Positions 8,530 through 18,344 of a stretch of 64,000 bases of DNA are shown piece by piece; the stretch's first letter is position 1, and each line of letters begins with the position of its first letter. A model generated the notes under the pieces. The model had not been told where the DNA came from and made no database searches. It was given only the letters and a program-made list of their open reading frames with translations. Origin of the DNA: an uncultured Rhodospirillales bacterium (GTDB taxonomy: Bacteria > Pseudomonadota > Alphaproteobacteria > RF32 > CAG-239); contig CACWLK010000008.1 of the NCBI GenBank assembly GCA_902761715.1, positions 8,307 to 72,306 of the forward strand, read 5' to 3'. A program made the position numbers and the translations under genes.

Positions 8530-10069
8530 TGCCGGCTCCCTGTTCAAAGCGAAAACCGGTATTGTACCACTCGATAAGGTTGCCCTTGGTTTTTGTCTTG
8601 AATACAAGTGAAGCCTTAAAACCGGTGGCATTGTTGGCAATCCATTGGCTACGCACAATGCCTTTTAAGGTTGACCATTTGGTACCAATTTGATGTTCAA
8701 GACTGCTCCATTTACATTTGTTCCACTTGTTGCCGTTGCTTTCACCGATGTTTTCGGAATAATCACGTTCTGCATCGTCAAAATCCATATTGGTATAGAT
8801 ATTAAGACCAAAAATTGCAGAACTTTTGGTGCGTGGATTGAGCATTTGTATTTTTTTGAGGTTCGGAGTGCCAAGTGAACAATAGGCCTGATGTACATTG
8901 CCGCAAATAGCAATTCCGTTATCGGAATGCCCTTCATCAAATAAAAAAACGCCTCCGTCCGAACCAAAATAAAGCCGACCCTCAAACAAGCACCAGCAAA
9001 ACGAATATATATTGGTAAAACGACACCAGGCGCCGGAACTCATATTGATTACGTGCTGCTCAAATTGTCCGCCGACAGGAACATTAAACAAGACAAAACC
9101 TCCTCGTGGATAAATAATACTTTGCCAACCGGCAATGTTTTTGCCGGATTTGATACGAGACAAAACCAATCCGCGGATTTTATCGCTATATGCAACCTTG
9201 CCGGTAGAACTCTCGCCAATCGGCAATACCGAAGAAAGCGGCACATAGCCGTCTTCACAAATAACCACTATGTCTCCTTGGTATTGCATTGTGCAATGAT
9301 TGCCAATCGGTCGGCTGATAAAATATTTACCACGTAATGACCAATTATCAGCGTTGCCGGGGTTGGTGCCCGAATATACCAATACCTCGCCTTCGGTGGT
9401 AATAAAAACGGTCAAGTCATCTATACCCTGCCCGCCATCCTGTGTCCAACTTGCTATAGCAGCAATGCTCCCTCCACGGGTGACCAATGTTGATAAATCA
9501 ACACTACTAAGCACTCCCTCGACTTCGCCAACGCCTGATGAATACCAATATGTCAAAGAATCTTTTTCAATATAAAAAACTCGTTGTTTTGAGACTGCTA
9601 CGCTACATAATTTTTTGATATCAAGCCCCTCTCCGGCAATGTCAGTATTTTTCCATGTCCAGACGTCTTCTTCATTTTTATAGTAGGTTTGAGGAAAATC
9701 CATGCCATTGACAAGAAGTAAACGATTACGAAACTGAACATAGTTCCAGTCATTATAATTTAAGTTATCTACATCTACTGTATAGTTACCAGATGTTATA
9801 TCAATAATTTTACCATTGGCAGCGGCAAACAGTCGACTATTTTGTGAAGAAGAAAAAGTAATCAAACTTTCGATTTTGAGTCCCAGTCCTTCCAATGCAT
9901 ACATTTTGTACCCGCCACGCAGGCAAACATTGGTATCAGACGGATAATAATTGTCCATTATAACGGCATCGGTCTCAGGCATATTGTCAAGGCTGTCCCG
10001 ACAGTTCAAACCGCCAATCGGCGCCGGCAAAATGTAGTTTTGCGATCGGCTAGTTGCTCTGTTTAACAT
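8522..10069 (-). CDS. virion/tail hub protein (515 aa, beta-rich)
   Basis: Large ORF in the tail module of a short-tailed gene order. Function assigned by position only. Confidence 0.5.
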   Translation of the reverse strand: MLNRATSRSQNYILPAPIGGLNCRDSLDNMPETDAVIMDNYYPSDTNVCLRGGYKMYALEGLGLKIESLITFSSSQNSRLFAAANGKIIDITSGNYTVDVDNLNYNDWNYVQFRNRLLLVNGMDFPQTYYKNEEDVWTWKNTDIAGEGLDIKKLCSVAVSKQRVFYIEKDSLTYWYSSGVGEVEGVLSSVDLSTLVTRGGSIAAIASWTQDGGQGIDDLTVFITTEGEVLVYSGTNPGNADNWSLRGKYFISRPIGNHCTMQYQGDIVVICEDGYVPLSSVLPIGESSTGKVAYSDKIRGLVLSRIKSGKNIAGWQSIIYPRGGFVLFNVPVGGQFEQHVINMSSGAWCRFTNIYSFCWCLFEGRLYFGSDGGVFLFDEGHSDNGIAICGNVHQAYCSLGTPNLKKIQMLNPRTKSSAIFGLNIYTNMDFDDAERDYSENIGESNGNKWNKCKWSSLEHQIGTKWSTLKGIVRSQWIANNATGFKASLVFKTKTKGNLIEWYNTGFRFEQGAGIV

Positions 10070-10757
10070 AAGCTATTCCTCCATCAGCTAAACAATCTGA
10101 ATTTTCGGCCAGGTTAATGTCTTGGCTGGTTAATGTTGAGCCAAAGCGTTTGCGGCACTCTTTTTCATATTCGGCCATTTCTTCCTGATACGCCAAGCCG
10201 TTGCGCGCCTGCAGGCGCCAGCGAATTGCCAGTTTTACCAAATATTCGTCAAAAACCGGAATATCGGTGTCTTTAGTAATTTCGGTCTTTTCGGTAAACA
10301 TGCCGTTTTCGTACGCAACTACCGAAGAACGATATTGAAAAACAATTTTTATTCCCTCAGGAGGCGGAGTTAAGAAACGAAACATCGAATTCTGAATTTT
10401 AAATTTGATGCGGTTATCATCACTATGAAAAAATTTTTCACGTTGCCATTGTTCAGGACGGATTGAACCGATAATTTTCTCATTACTATCTTTTATATAG
10501 ACAGTATTGTTAAGCAACTGAAAAAAGTCAGGGCAAAACGCTTTAATCAGATAGTCTGTTTTATTTTTAGAAGTTATTAATTCTCCGTCTTTGGTGAGTT
10601 CTTGCCAATCGCCATAACGCAAAAGACCATTAAGGGCATCTTTGGCAATACTTTGGAAAACACGGTTGTTTTGGCTGCTGTTATTAAAAAGGCTTTGCGG
10701 CTCCTGAACACAGGCCAGATTAGCTGCATCTTGGCATATTTCGAGTATGTTTTTCAT
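10050..10757 (-). CDS. virion protein (head-tail adaptor position)
   Basis: 235-aa ORF between the capsid-proximal genes and the tail hub. Position only. Confidence 0.45.
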   Translation of the reverse strand: MKNILEICQDAANLACVQEPQSLFNNSSQNNRVFQSIAKDALNGLLRYGDWQELTKDGELITSKNKTDYLIKAFCPDFFQLLNNTVYIKDSNEKIIGSIRPEQWQREKFFHSDDNRIKFKIQNSMFRFLTPPPEGIKIVFQYRSSVVAYENGMFTEKTEITKDTDIPVFDEYLVKLAIRWRLQARNGLAYQEEMAEYEKECRKRFGSTLTSQDINLAENSDCLADGGIAYVKQSN

Positions 10758-11304
10758 TTTTGCTCCTTATTTTTTTTGACTGTTGCAAACTATCAACTTT
10801 GGTTTCCAACTCTTTGATACGTTGCTGATATTCGTGCTCCTTTTGTTGCCATTTAATGAGCGCTGAATTGTCTTTTGCCTGGGCAACAAATTTTATTGCA
10901 AGTTCACGTTCTTTACTAACACCGAGCTCTTCTGCATGTGCGGCATCCAGTCTGGTTAAGTGCTCAACCGTATAAATACCTCGCACCTTAAGACCGGCAA
11001 TCTCTGCTGCATCCAAAAAGGCAAATTGCTCCAGCGGAGTGCCCTCCTCGGCACATTTTTTAGCTTGTTTGTAAAGAGCATATTCTGTCGGAAAACGTCT
11101 GATTTTATCCGGGGTTGCGGGTTGGTTATAAACTTCGGAACTGTTGTCTTTTATGCGAATTTCACAAAAACAAACCAACTTAAATTTGGGCAACCCGTCT
11201 TTGGTAATTTGAGAAGTCTTTATTGCCTGGTCATAAAAACGTGCCACCACCCCGTCTTCGGAATTGCCGTTATGTATTACTTTTTCAAAAGTTGAAAAAT
11301 CCAT
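10720..11304 (-). CDS. phage hypothetical protein (194 aa)
   Basis: Start ATG 11304 with AAGGAG upstream. Follows the capsid-gene terminator. Confidence 0.45.
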   Translation of the reverse strand: MDFSTFEKVIHNGNSEDGVVARFYDQAIKTSQITKDGLPKFKLVCFCEIRIKDNSSEVYNQPATPDKIRRFPTEYALYKQAKKCAEEGTPLEQFAFLDAAEIAGLKVRGIYTVEHLTRLDAAHAEELGVSKERELAIKFVAQAKDNSALIKWQQKEHEYQQRIKELETKVDSLQQSKKIRSKNEKHTRNMPRCS

Positions 11305-11317
11305 TGTTGTCTCCTTA

Positions 11318-11347
11318 TTAAAAAGCGGCGCCATTGCTGGCGCCGCT
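11318..11347 (-). terminator. intrinsic terminator after capsid gene
   Basis: Hairpin AGCGGCGCC-ATTGCT-GGCGCCGCT followed by a T-run on the minus strand. Confidence 0.6.
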
Positions 11348-11360
11348 CGTTTGTGTTGCA

Positions 11361-12344
11361 TTATCCTTCTGCAGAAGATGTGTCAGTAAAAATCACACCT
11401 TGTAAAGCAGCATTTGACATGGTCAAGTTGCCGGCCCAACCGATGATTTTATAAATTGCATCTTGGTTAACAGACATTCTCTCGCCGCCGATTACTTTCA
11501 TATTGCGGTCTTTATGAGTACGCAAATACAAATAATTGGTATTGAGAAAATACATTTTGCCGTCAGGACAACCACCGCCTTGTCCACCATCGGATACGAT
11601 ATCGGCTCCCTTAAAGCGTAATGCTTCAAAACCGGCGTCAGCAAGTCTGGTATCAACAAAACGCTGTTGAGCGGTCAATGACTGTTCAAACAATGAGTAC
11701 CAATCATCACCGGTTACAATCAAATCGGGTTTGTCTGTGCCACGTGTCAATGACATATACATTGAATCCATTGCTGAGCGCAAACTATCAGGTGTAATGG
11801 TGCCGGTAAGTTCTTTGGCTTTGTTACGCCAAAACTCGTTGCCGGCGGTGGCACGATTGATGTTGCCGACAGTGCCACTGCTTGGAAAATCAGCTACCAA
11901 CAAGCTCAAGCCACCGATTGATTTGCCGTTGTGACTGGTACCATCGCTATATACGGCTTCGGCCATTTTATTGCTCATGGTTTTGACTGCGTTTTCAATG
12001 CGTTTTTCAAACAAATCTATCATTTGATACTGACCGGAGTTTTTGAGCAATTCTTCACCCGAAATTGCAACCGGAACAGCACATAATTTTAATGAATATT
12101 CGGCAGCGCTGAACAGCTGTTTCGGGGTATATGTAATTGTGTCATATCCTGAATACCATGATAAATCGCCCTCTCCGTATTCGAGTTCTTCAATAATTTT
12201 TGAACCGCCGGCAAGCATGCGGTTATGTCCTTTTTCCTGCAGGCGTTTTAACAATGCATTGTTGTTAGAAACAGCATCAGCAAGTTGACCGCTACGGCTG
12301 GTAAGTGTGGTAGTAAAGATATCATTATAATCGTTATTAGCCAT
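11361..12344 (-). CDS. major capsid protein
   Basis: 327 aa, directly downstream of an acidic helical scaffold-like gene and followed by a terminator. Identified by position and size, not by a motif. Confidence 0.65.
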   Translation of the reverse strand: MANNDYNDIFTTTLTSRSGQLADAVSNNNALLKRLQEKGHNRMLAGGSKIIEELEYGEGDLSWYSGYDTITYTPKQLFSAAEYSLKLCAVPVAISGEELLKNSGQYQMIDLFEKRIENAVKTMSNKMAEAVYSDGTSHNGKSIGGLSLLVADFPSSGTVGNINRATAGNEFWRNKAKELTGTITPDSLRSAMDSMYMSLTRGTDKPDLIVTGDDWYSLFEQSLTAQQRFVDTRLADAGFEALRFKGADIVSDGGQGGGCPDGKMYFLNTNYLYLRTHKDRNMKVIGGERMSVNQDAIYKIIGWAGNLTMSNAALQGVIFTDTSSAEG

Positions 12345-12366
12345 GTTTTTGTCCTTCTATAATTGA

Positions 12367-13062
12367 TTATTGTTCATCCAATTGTGCAAATTGGCGTTCA
12401 AGAATTTGTCTGGTGGTAAGACCTGAGTAGTCATCATCGGCACTGCGATGTCCGGTTACAGAAAAAGCAGCCTCTTTAGCGGCTTTGGCTTCTTCAGCTT
12501 TTGCTAAAAGTTCGGCCTCGTGTTTGTTCTTGTCATCAAATGCCGTGCGCAAAGCTGATACACTCTCAATCAGCATATTCATACCGTTTAGCAATGCATC
12601 AGTCTTGGCACTGTTTTCGCTACAAATTTGGGCGGTATTGCTATCGGAACTTTGCCCAATATCAATGCCGTACACACGAGCCAAAAATTGCAAAACTGCC
12701 GCCGGATTTTGCTCAATCAGATCTTCTGCCAAAATGAGGTGTTCAATCCACTCTCTGGCGTTTTTGAACCCTCTTTTTGAGCCTTTTGAGCTGAAAGCAT
12801 CATCAATAAAACGCCGGGCGTTGACCTCGGCGTTTAATTCTTCTAGCGATTTTGAAAATTCGCCCTCTCTTTCGTACAGATATTTGCGAACCTCCAAAGG
12901 CAATCCCTTAAACAGCTCTCGGATTTCTCCGATATAAGCTTCGGGAGCTTCAGCAAACTGTTCATCAGAAACAATAACGGTCGGCGTGTCGCTTGTTGGC
13001 ACGATTGAGCCGTTATGCTTTGCGAACTCCTGTTCGAGAAGCTCTCTGGTTGTTTGTTGCAT
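12367..13062 (-). CDS. scaffolding protein
   Basis: Start ATG 13062 (AAGGAG upstream). Acidic, Ala/Glu-rich and predicted helical. Lies between portal and capsid genes. Confidence 0.55.
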   Translation of the reverse strand: MQQTTRELLEQEFAKHNGSIVPTSDTPTVIVSDEQFAEAPEAYIGEIRELFKGLPLEVRKYLYEREGEFSKSLEELNAEVNARRFIDDAFSSKGSKRGFKNAREWIEHLILAEDLIEQNPAAVLQFLARVYGIDIGQSSDSNTAQICSENSAKTDALLNGMNMLIESVSALRTAFDDKNKHEAELLAKAEEAKAAKEAAFSVTGHRSADDDYSGLTTRQILERQFAQLDEQ

Positions 13063-13285
13063 TCCATATTCTCCTTTTATAATTATTGATAAATTCCGCA
13101 AAAAAATCTTTGCGAAGTGCCTGTTCCCGGTTAAATTTTACTGCCCGGCGGTAGGCATCCGAATAATCACCGGCAGAGCTCAAATTGTTGGCTCGCAAAT
13201 AGCGATCAACATCTTGAGCACAGACGGCAATAGTTCCATCAGGAAGAGTGAGTTCTTCCGTCCATTGTTTGGTAAAATAAGTCAT
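13013..13285 (-). CDS. small phage protein (90 aa)
   Basis: ORF between portal and scaffold genes. Overlaps the scaffold start by ~50 nt. Confidence 0.35.
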   Translation of the reverse strand: MTYFTKQWTEELTLPDGTIAVCAQDVDRYLRANNLSSAGDYSDAYRRAVKFNREQALRKDFFAEFINNYKRRIWNATNNQRASRTGVRKA

Positions 13286-13287
13286 TG

Positions 13288-15087
13288 CTACCTCATCACG
13301 TTTTTTTGAGCTTCAACTGCAGCTTCACGTGCTTTATTCAATGATTGTGCCTGAAGTTCCTGACGGGAAAAATCAAGTTTGTCGGCTTCAATCGCTGCTT
13401 TCAGATTGAGTTCTTTGTCCTTTAGTGCATTTTTCTGAAGTTCTATGATTTGTTCTGTTGTCGGCTCTGCCGGTTGAACTACCGGTTCTGGAGCTGACAG
13501 TTCCTGCTCAACAGCTGTAAACACCTGTTCCAAAACCGTTTCAAAGCAACGAGCTCTAGGCATAGTAGAAACAACTGCTTCAATCATGCTGCGATAAAGT
13601 GGTAAAAGCTTAGGCTGTTGGCTGACGGGAATAAGCGCATTTTGAACAAGTTGTCCAAGGCTTTCAACCGCGGATAAGGTAGCGGTATTTTCTTCGGTTT
13701 GATTTAAGATATTAGTGGTTTCGACACTAAACATCATGCCACGTAGTTTTTCTGTTTTTAACAAATTGACTGCAGACTGCGAAAGTTCCTCGTCTTTTTG
13801 AAGTTCTTCAGGCAAAAATGATTTTAGTTTATCAGCAGAAAAATATTCGCAAATAATCTCAGCTTTTATCCTTAGCAAATCACGGATAAAACGTTGCATA
13901 TCGTTCTGGCGATCCTGATTGCGTAAGGTGCCGAAATTGGTCTTTTTTACCACCGCGGTTGCTGTCTCATTGCTATCTGAATTACCGCGCATAATATCTG
14001 ATACACCGGTAATTTCAAAAATACTGTTGATGACTTCTTGTCTGCGTAATGATAGTTGTTCTAGTGCTGCTATGTATTGTTCAAGAGGTACAAAATCGAT
14101 AATACCGCGAATGCCGCCGCTGTCACGCAAGCGCGAAAAATCGTTGACTGAAATCAAAGTAATATCTTTGCTCAATATATCGGCCAATTCGGGAAAAGAG
14201 TTGTCATAAGCGCCGCTGATTTTTAGTGCCTGCATAGTCATACGCATCCGACTGTTAATACCGTTCAGTTCATTTAACATCTCCTTTATCAAGCAATAAT
14301 CGGGGGTAGGAATTATGCTGTCGTTGGTTTGAGTTGACCAAATCGGTTTGGGACAAGGAAAAAAGTTTTTGGTACTGCGAACGTTGGTATTAACTTTGAG
14401 AAAACGATTGGGATATGCTTTGGAAAGCCAATATACAGTATGTGTTTTTTTATCCCAGATTTCATAAATACAGATATCTCCCTGTTGAGCAATATCAGGC
14501 ACATCAAACTGCTTTGCGACATCCTCTGAGCTCATATAAATACGACGAGCAATCCACTCAACATCTTCCCATACGCCTTTTTTATCGCAATCAGCTAAAA
14601 AGTCCTTGGGATCAATATAGATTGTTTCGACGCTTTCATCAGTTTTTAATGTAATGTTTTCCTCTGGATTAGCGGGGTTCGGGACTTCAGTAAATTCCGG
14701 AATATATTGTTCCCAAACAAGGCCGGTTCCGGAAATTAAAAAATCGTTCCGTGCATATTTGATTACGCTGTCAAAATCAAATTGGCTTAAGTTCCAAATC
14801 AAGGCCTTTTCAAGTATGGTGCAAGCAGCACGCTCAACCGGATCCGAACTTTTATTCTGTCGCTCAATATAAAATTGAGGTTGTTTGAAATATAAAAATG
14901 GTTTTAAGGTTTCAATAGTTGACCAAAAAATGTTGTAGTTGCCGCCACGTCGGTGTCGGCTATCCTTATAAAAACTTCTGGTCTCATTGATTAATTCATA
15001 ATAAGGCTGATAAACTTTTTCGGCGGCGGAAATTTTTTGCAGCCATAAATCAACCTGTTCTCGTTGTGGTTTGTTATTCATCTTCAA
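13288..15087 (-). CDS. portal protein
   Basis: 599 aa, next large gene after the large terminase, with a long C-terminal helical tail. Position and size. Confidence 0.7.
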   Translation of the reverse strand: MKMNNKPQREQVDLWLQKISAAEKVYQPYYELINETRSFYKDSRHRRGGNYNIFWSTIETLKPFLYFKQPQFYIERQNKSSDPVERAACTILEKALIWNLSQFDFDSVIKYARNDFLISGTGLVWEQYIPEFTEVPNPANPEENITLKTDESVETIYIDPKDFLADCDKKGVWEDVEWIARRIYMSSEDVAKQFDVPDIAQQGDICIYEIWDKKTHTVYWLSKAYPNRFLKVNTNVRSTKNFFPCPKPIWSTQTNDSIIPTPDYCLIKEMLNELNGINSRMRMTMQALKISGAYDNSFPELADILSKDITLISVNDFSRLRDSGGIRGIIDFVPLEQYIAALEQLSLRRQEVINSIFEITGVSDIMRGNSDSNETATAVVKKTNFGTLRNQDRQNDMQRFIRDLLRIKAEIICEYFSADKLKSFLPEELQKDEELSQSAVNLLKTEKLRGMMFSVETTNILNQTEENTATLSAVESLGQLVQNALIPVSQQPKLLPLYRSMIEAVVSTMPRARCFETVLEQVFTAVEQELSAPEPVVQPAEPTTEQIIELQKNALKDKELNLKAAIEADKLDFSRQELQAQSLNKAREAAVEAQKNVMR

Positions 15088-15331
15088 TTACTCCTAATAT
15101 GCTGTTTTCTCTTACTACGACGATGTCTTCAGATGGTCCGGGAAGATCATCAAAAATATGAAAAAACACTCGGTCTCCGACTTTGACCGAGTGCACTTTT
15201 TCGCCAACCGATATTACCTCGCCGATTGTGCGCCGATTGGGACCATCGGTCGAAATAAATATGCCTCCGTCGGTGGTTTCTTTTTGGGGTGGAAGTTTAA
15301 TAAAAACTCTATCCATAACCGCTTGTATCAT
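15074..15331 (-). CDS. GroES/Cpn10-like co-chaperonin (phage-encoded)
   Basis: 85 aa. DRVFIK...ETTDGGIFI...GEVISVG...VKVGDRVFF...SILGVIE follows the Cpn10 pattern (DRVLVK / T.GGI / G.V.AVG / V.VGD.V.F / DILAVI). Confidence 0.7.
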   Translation of the reverse strand: MIQAVMDRVFIKLPPQKETTDGGIFISTDGPNRRTIGEVISVGEKVHSVKVGDRVFFHIFDDLPGPSEDIVVVRENSILGVIEDE

Positions 15332-15357
15332 GGTTTATCCTTTCAAAAAAATTAGTT

Positions 15358-16680
15358 TTACCAATCTTCGTGGCGGCGAGATTGGTATTTGAAAATATCT
15401 TCAACACTGACGGAACCGCTGTTATACAGCTTGGGGATTCCGTAGTCGTATATCGGTTCGGCAAAAGTAAGGGCAAGAGCATCGGCTTTGTCCGGTGAGC
15501 GACCGAGTTTTTTCTTGATTTCGTCTTTGTTCTCGAGCATAAGACGACCGCGATTATCATATTTTTTATCAACGCTAACCAGCTCATTAAAAAGCTCATC
15601 ATCTTCAACAAGTTGGGGTTGAGGTTTTTCCTCAAGCCAGCGAGCGATTTTGTCCCACATCTCGGCCCGACGATTAAAATAGCGATCAGTTTTGATTGCC
15701 TTTTCCCCAAAATAAATACCGCGGATTATTTCTCCAAATCCGCGGTCTTTCAAAATATCAAACACTCCGGCACCCTGCCCGCCTATATCCATAAAAATAC
15801 GTCGGGGTTTGTATTCATTGATGATGTTGGTGGCAATGTTGGCAACATCAACGTTGCTTTGTGCTTCAAAGCTCTCAAACTTATAACACAGACGCCCTTT
15901 GCGAAAGCAAAACACCGTGCGATCATCGCCAAAACGAGCAATATCAAGCCCGATGACCAAAGGCGATGTTGTTGACATGATAGTTTTTTCAAATGCACGT
16001 TGGACCGATTGTGAAGATATCAATCTACAGCCACTTTGTGACAAAGGTTCTCCAAGCCAAATATGACCAAAATTTTCAGGATGCTCACGACGACATCTTT
16101 CGGCTTGCAGTTTTATTTCTTCAGGGCAAAACGGATTGTCATAATAATTGACTTTTAAAACCAATGTGCGTTTGTCGGGGCGAGCGGCAACAGCTTTCCA
16201 CAACGGGTCGTTTTCGTACAGCCTGTTCATAGAAATCCAAATTTCAGATCCGTCTTTTCGAATAGTCGGCTCTAAAATTTTCCATGAGCCGGATGTGATT
16301 GTTTGAGCTTCTTCTATCCATGCAATATCAACGCCTTCCAAAGATTTTATTTTTTGAATATCCTGCTCACGCAACCCTTTAAAAATAAAACGAGTGCCGG
16401 TGATTTTGTTCTCAATTTTGTCTTCAAAAACCTTGTAATCAGAGAGCCCGTAACTGCTGATACGATCGCATAGCAATTTGTAAACCGAATCTCTCATGCT
16501 ATCTTGGATTTCGCGCAGGCAAGCAATCAATAATTTTTTTTGCCGACCAAGAAACAAAAGACTATCTGCAAATGCATAACTCTTGCCTCCGGCACGCCCG
16601 CCGTAGTAAAACTTAATTCGATATTTTTGCGTCATCAGAGGGGCAAAAATCTCCGGTATTTGCGCTGTTATTTTTTTCAA
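15358..16680 (-). CDS. terminase large subunit
   Basis: Walker A region KFYYGGRAGGKSYAF and PBSX/Terminase_3-like organisation. 440 aa. Confidence 0.9.
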   Translation of the reverse strand: MKKITAQIPEIFAPLMTQKYRIKFYYGGRAGGKSYAFADSLLFLGRQKKLLIACLREIQDSMRDSVYKLLCDRISSYGLSDYKVFEDKIENKITGTRFIFKGLREQDIQKIKSLEGVDIAWIEEAQTITSGSWKILEPTIRKDGSEIWISMNRLYENDPLWKAVAARPDKRTLVLKVNYYDNPFCPEEIKLQAERCRREHPENFGHIWLGEPLSQSGCRLISSQSVQRAFEKTIMSTTSPLVIGLDIARFGDDRTVFCFRKGRLCYKFESFEAQSNVDVANIATNIINEYKPRRIFMDIGGQGAGVFDILKDRGFGEIIRGIYFGEKAIKTDRYFNRRAEMWDKIARWLEEKPQPQLVEDDELFNELVSVDKKYDNRGRLMLENKDEIKKKLGRSPDKADALALTFAEPIYDYGIPKLYNSGSVSVEDIFKYQSRRHEDW

Positions 16681-17113
16681 TGTTTTCTCCTTTTGTTTTT
16701 ACAAATTGAACCAATACTTGTTTGAGCTCGTCATCCAAACTTTGTTTGTCGCTTTTGTCTGACCAACCATGGTTGGCTTTGAGGGCCATAATTGACATTG
16801 ATGAGTTGTAAAAGCCCAAACCGGCCGCATTCATCAGCCATTCTTCCTGAAAGTGCATGGCCTGTTCATAGGCGCTGTGAAAGTCTGGCACAAGATTGCG
16901 CCACACCAACACCCGATCGATGCTGACTTTTAAGCTGTCGGCAAAACGAACAATACTCGGGCAAGGCGCCGCAACTTTGTTGATGACTGTTTCAATATGA
17001 TCAGTTTTTTTGTTATAAATTTCTTGGGTTTCTTGTAAGAAAAGCGGTGCATCTCGAAACCATGCAATGAGTTTTGCGGCATATTCGGTCTTGTAATCTT
17101 TGGGGTATTTCAT
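16613..17113 (-). CDS. terminase small subunit (putative)
   Basis: 166-aa ORF immediately upstream of TerL and overlapping it. Position only. Confidence 0.5.
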   Translation of the reverse strand: MKYPKDYKTEYAAKLIAWFRDAPLFLQETQEIYNKKTDHIETVINKVAAPCPSIVRFADSLKVSIDRVLVWRNLVPDFHSAYEQAMHFQEEWLMNAAGLGFYNSSMSIMALKANHGWSDKSDKQSLDDELKQVLVQFVKTKGENIEKNNSANTGDFCPSDDAKISN

Positions 17114-17175
17114 ATATTTTCCATAAAAAAACGGCAGATAAAAATCTGCCGTTTGATATAAAGATGAGGATTAAT

Positions 17176-17859
17176 TTATTTTAGTTTTTTGACTGTTTGT
17201 TTGATAACTTTATAACCGTTGGTTTTGGAAAAGTCGTATTGAGCCGAAAAATCATCAAACAAAGCACAAGCATCGTGCATATTCATAAGCTCTCGCATGT
17301 CTTCGCTCCATTTAATTTTGTCAGTGCTGACATTGTAATGGTTAGCGGCCAACCAAATAATGGCGTTTTTGCGGAAATTTTCCATGTCTTCGGCAACTGA
17401 TTGGGAAACGACCTCATCGCCTTGGCTCTCGATGCGTTCATAAAGCTGTTCGAGACTGTATCCGTTTGCTTGGGCAGCGTTTTCAATCTTATCAATGTCT
17501 TTTTTCATGAACTTGACAAAGTTTTCAGGATATTGTGTAAGCTCAAAATCGTATTGTTTGCAAAACTGTTTGTAGGCAACCGTGTGGCGATATATAATGC
17601 CGGCAGCCATACCTATGTTGTAGTCCTCATTATGGATAATTTTTTTCTGCGGTTTAACAAAATAAATTATAGCGCCGATAACTGCAGCCATAATCAAGAT
17701 GAAGAGCAGTTTTCTTAAATGCTCAATAAAGCTGTTACCGGAATCTTTGATCGCAGGTTTAGAAACTACTGCTTTAGGCTTTGTTGTTTTTACGGTTTTG
17801 GTAGTTTTAGACTGTGATACAGTTTTCTTTGGTGTAGGTACAGTTTTTTTAGAATTCAT
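17176..17859 (-). CDS. membrane-anchored hypothetical protein (Lys/Thr-rich N-terminus, one TM)
   Basis: Start ATG 17859 (GGAGGA upstream). TM segment LFILIMAAVIGAIIYFV. Confidence 0.5.
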   Translation of the reverse strand: MNSKKTVPTPKKTVSQSKTTKTVKTTKPKAVVSKPAIKDSGNSFIEHLRKLLFILIMAAVIGAIIYFVKPQKKIIHNEDYNIGMAAGIIYRHTVAYKQFCKQYDFELTQYPENFVKFMKKDIDKIENAAQANGYSLEQLYERIESQGDEVVSQSVAEDMENFRKNAIIWLAANHYNVSTDKIKWSEDMRELMNMHDACALFDDFSAQYDFSKTNGYKVIKQTVKKLK

Positions 17860-18002
17860 AATGTGTCCTCCAATCAATACGATTTATAGTAACAATTTGA
17901 TGAAATATATCAATAAAAATTTATATTTTGCAATATGATATAAAAAAGGAAGAGTTTTAAGTTTAAAACCCTTCCTTGCGACAACCATATTTTTATTTGG
18001 AA

Positions 18003-18197
18003 TCAGAGAGACACTTGTTCTTTATTTTCTTTGATAGTGTTTACCCAAGAAACGGCAATAAAAATCATATTAAGCACCATAAAGACAATGTGCTTGAAAC
18101 TACATGCGTCAAAAATTGCAATCATACCTAATACACAAAGTATGGTTGCTATGACTGACATTATCATAATGATGTTATTAAATTTTATTTCTGCCAT
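18003..18197 (-). CDS. small two-TM membrane protein (64 aa), moron-like
   Basis: Start ATG 18197 (AGGAG upstream). Has its own promoter (18228-18256) and a downstream hairpin at ~17945-17978. Confidence 0.5.
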   Translation of the reverse strand: MAEIKFNNIIMIMSVIATILCVLGMIAIFDACSFKHIVFMVLNMIFIAVSWVNTIKENKEQVSL

Positions 18198-18227
18198 CTT
18201 GTTTATCTCCTGTTTGAATTCAAATTG

Positions 18228-18256
18228 AAGATAGAACAAAAGTAGAACATTGTCAA
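18228..18256 (-). promoter_or_regulatory. sigma70-type promoter for the 64-aa membrane protein gene
   Basis: Minus strand reads TTGACA, 17 nt, TATCTT. Confidence 0.45.
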
Positions 18257-18274
18257 GATTTATTTTAACAAAAA

Positions 18275-18303
18275 AGAGGTTGGTTCGTCATGAACCCACC
18301 TCT
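18275..18303 (-). terminator. intrinsic terminator after the 116-aa gene
   Basis: Hairpin AGAGGTGGGTTC-ATGA-CGAACCAACCTCT followed by TTTTTT on the minus strand. Confidence 0.6.
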
Positions 18304-18344
18304 TCCAGTTTATGAAAAATGTATAGCACGGCGTGACACAAAAG

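Noticed and set aside
8530-8658. The upstream ATG (8658) for the GNAT ORF.
   Set aside because: It would overlap the preceding 515-aa gene by 137 nt, with an unconvincing N-terminal sequence. The TTG at 8529 with an SD is more plausible, although unproven.
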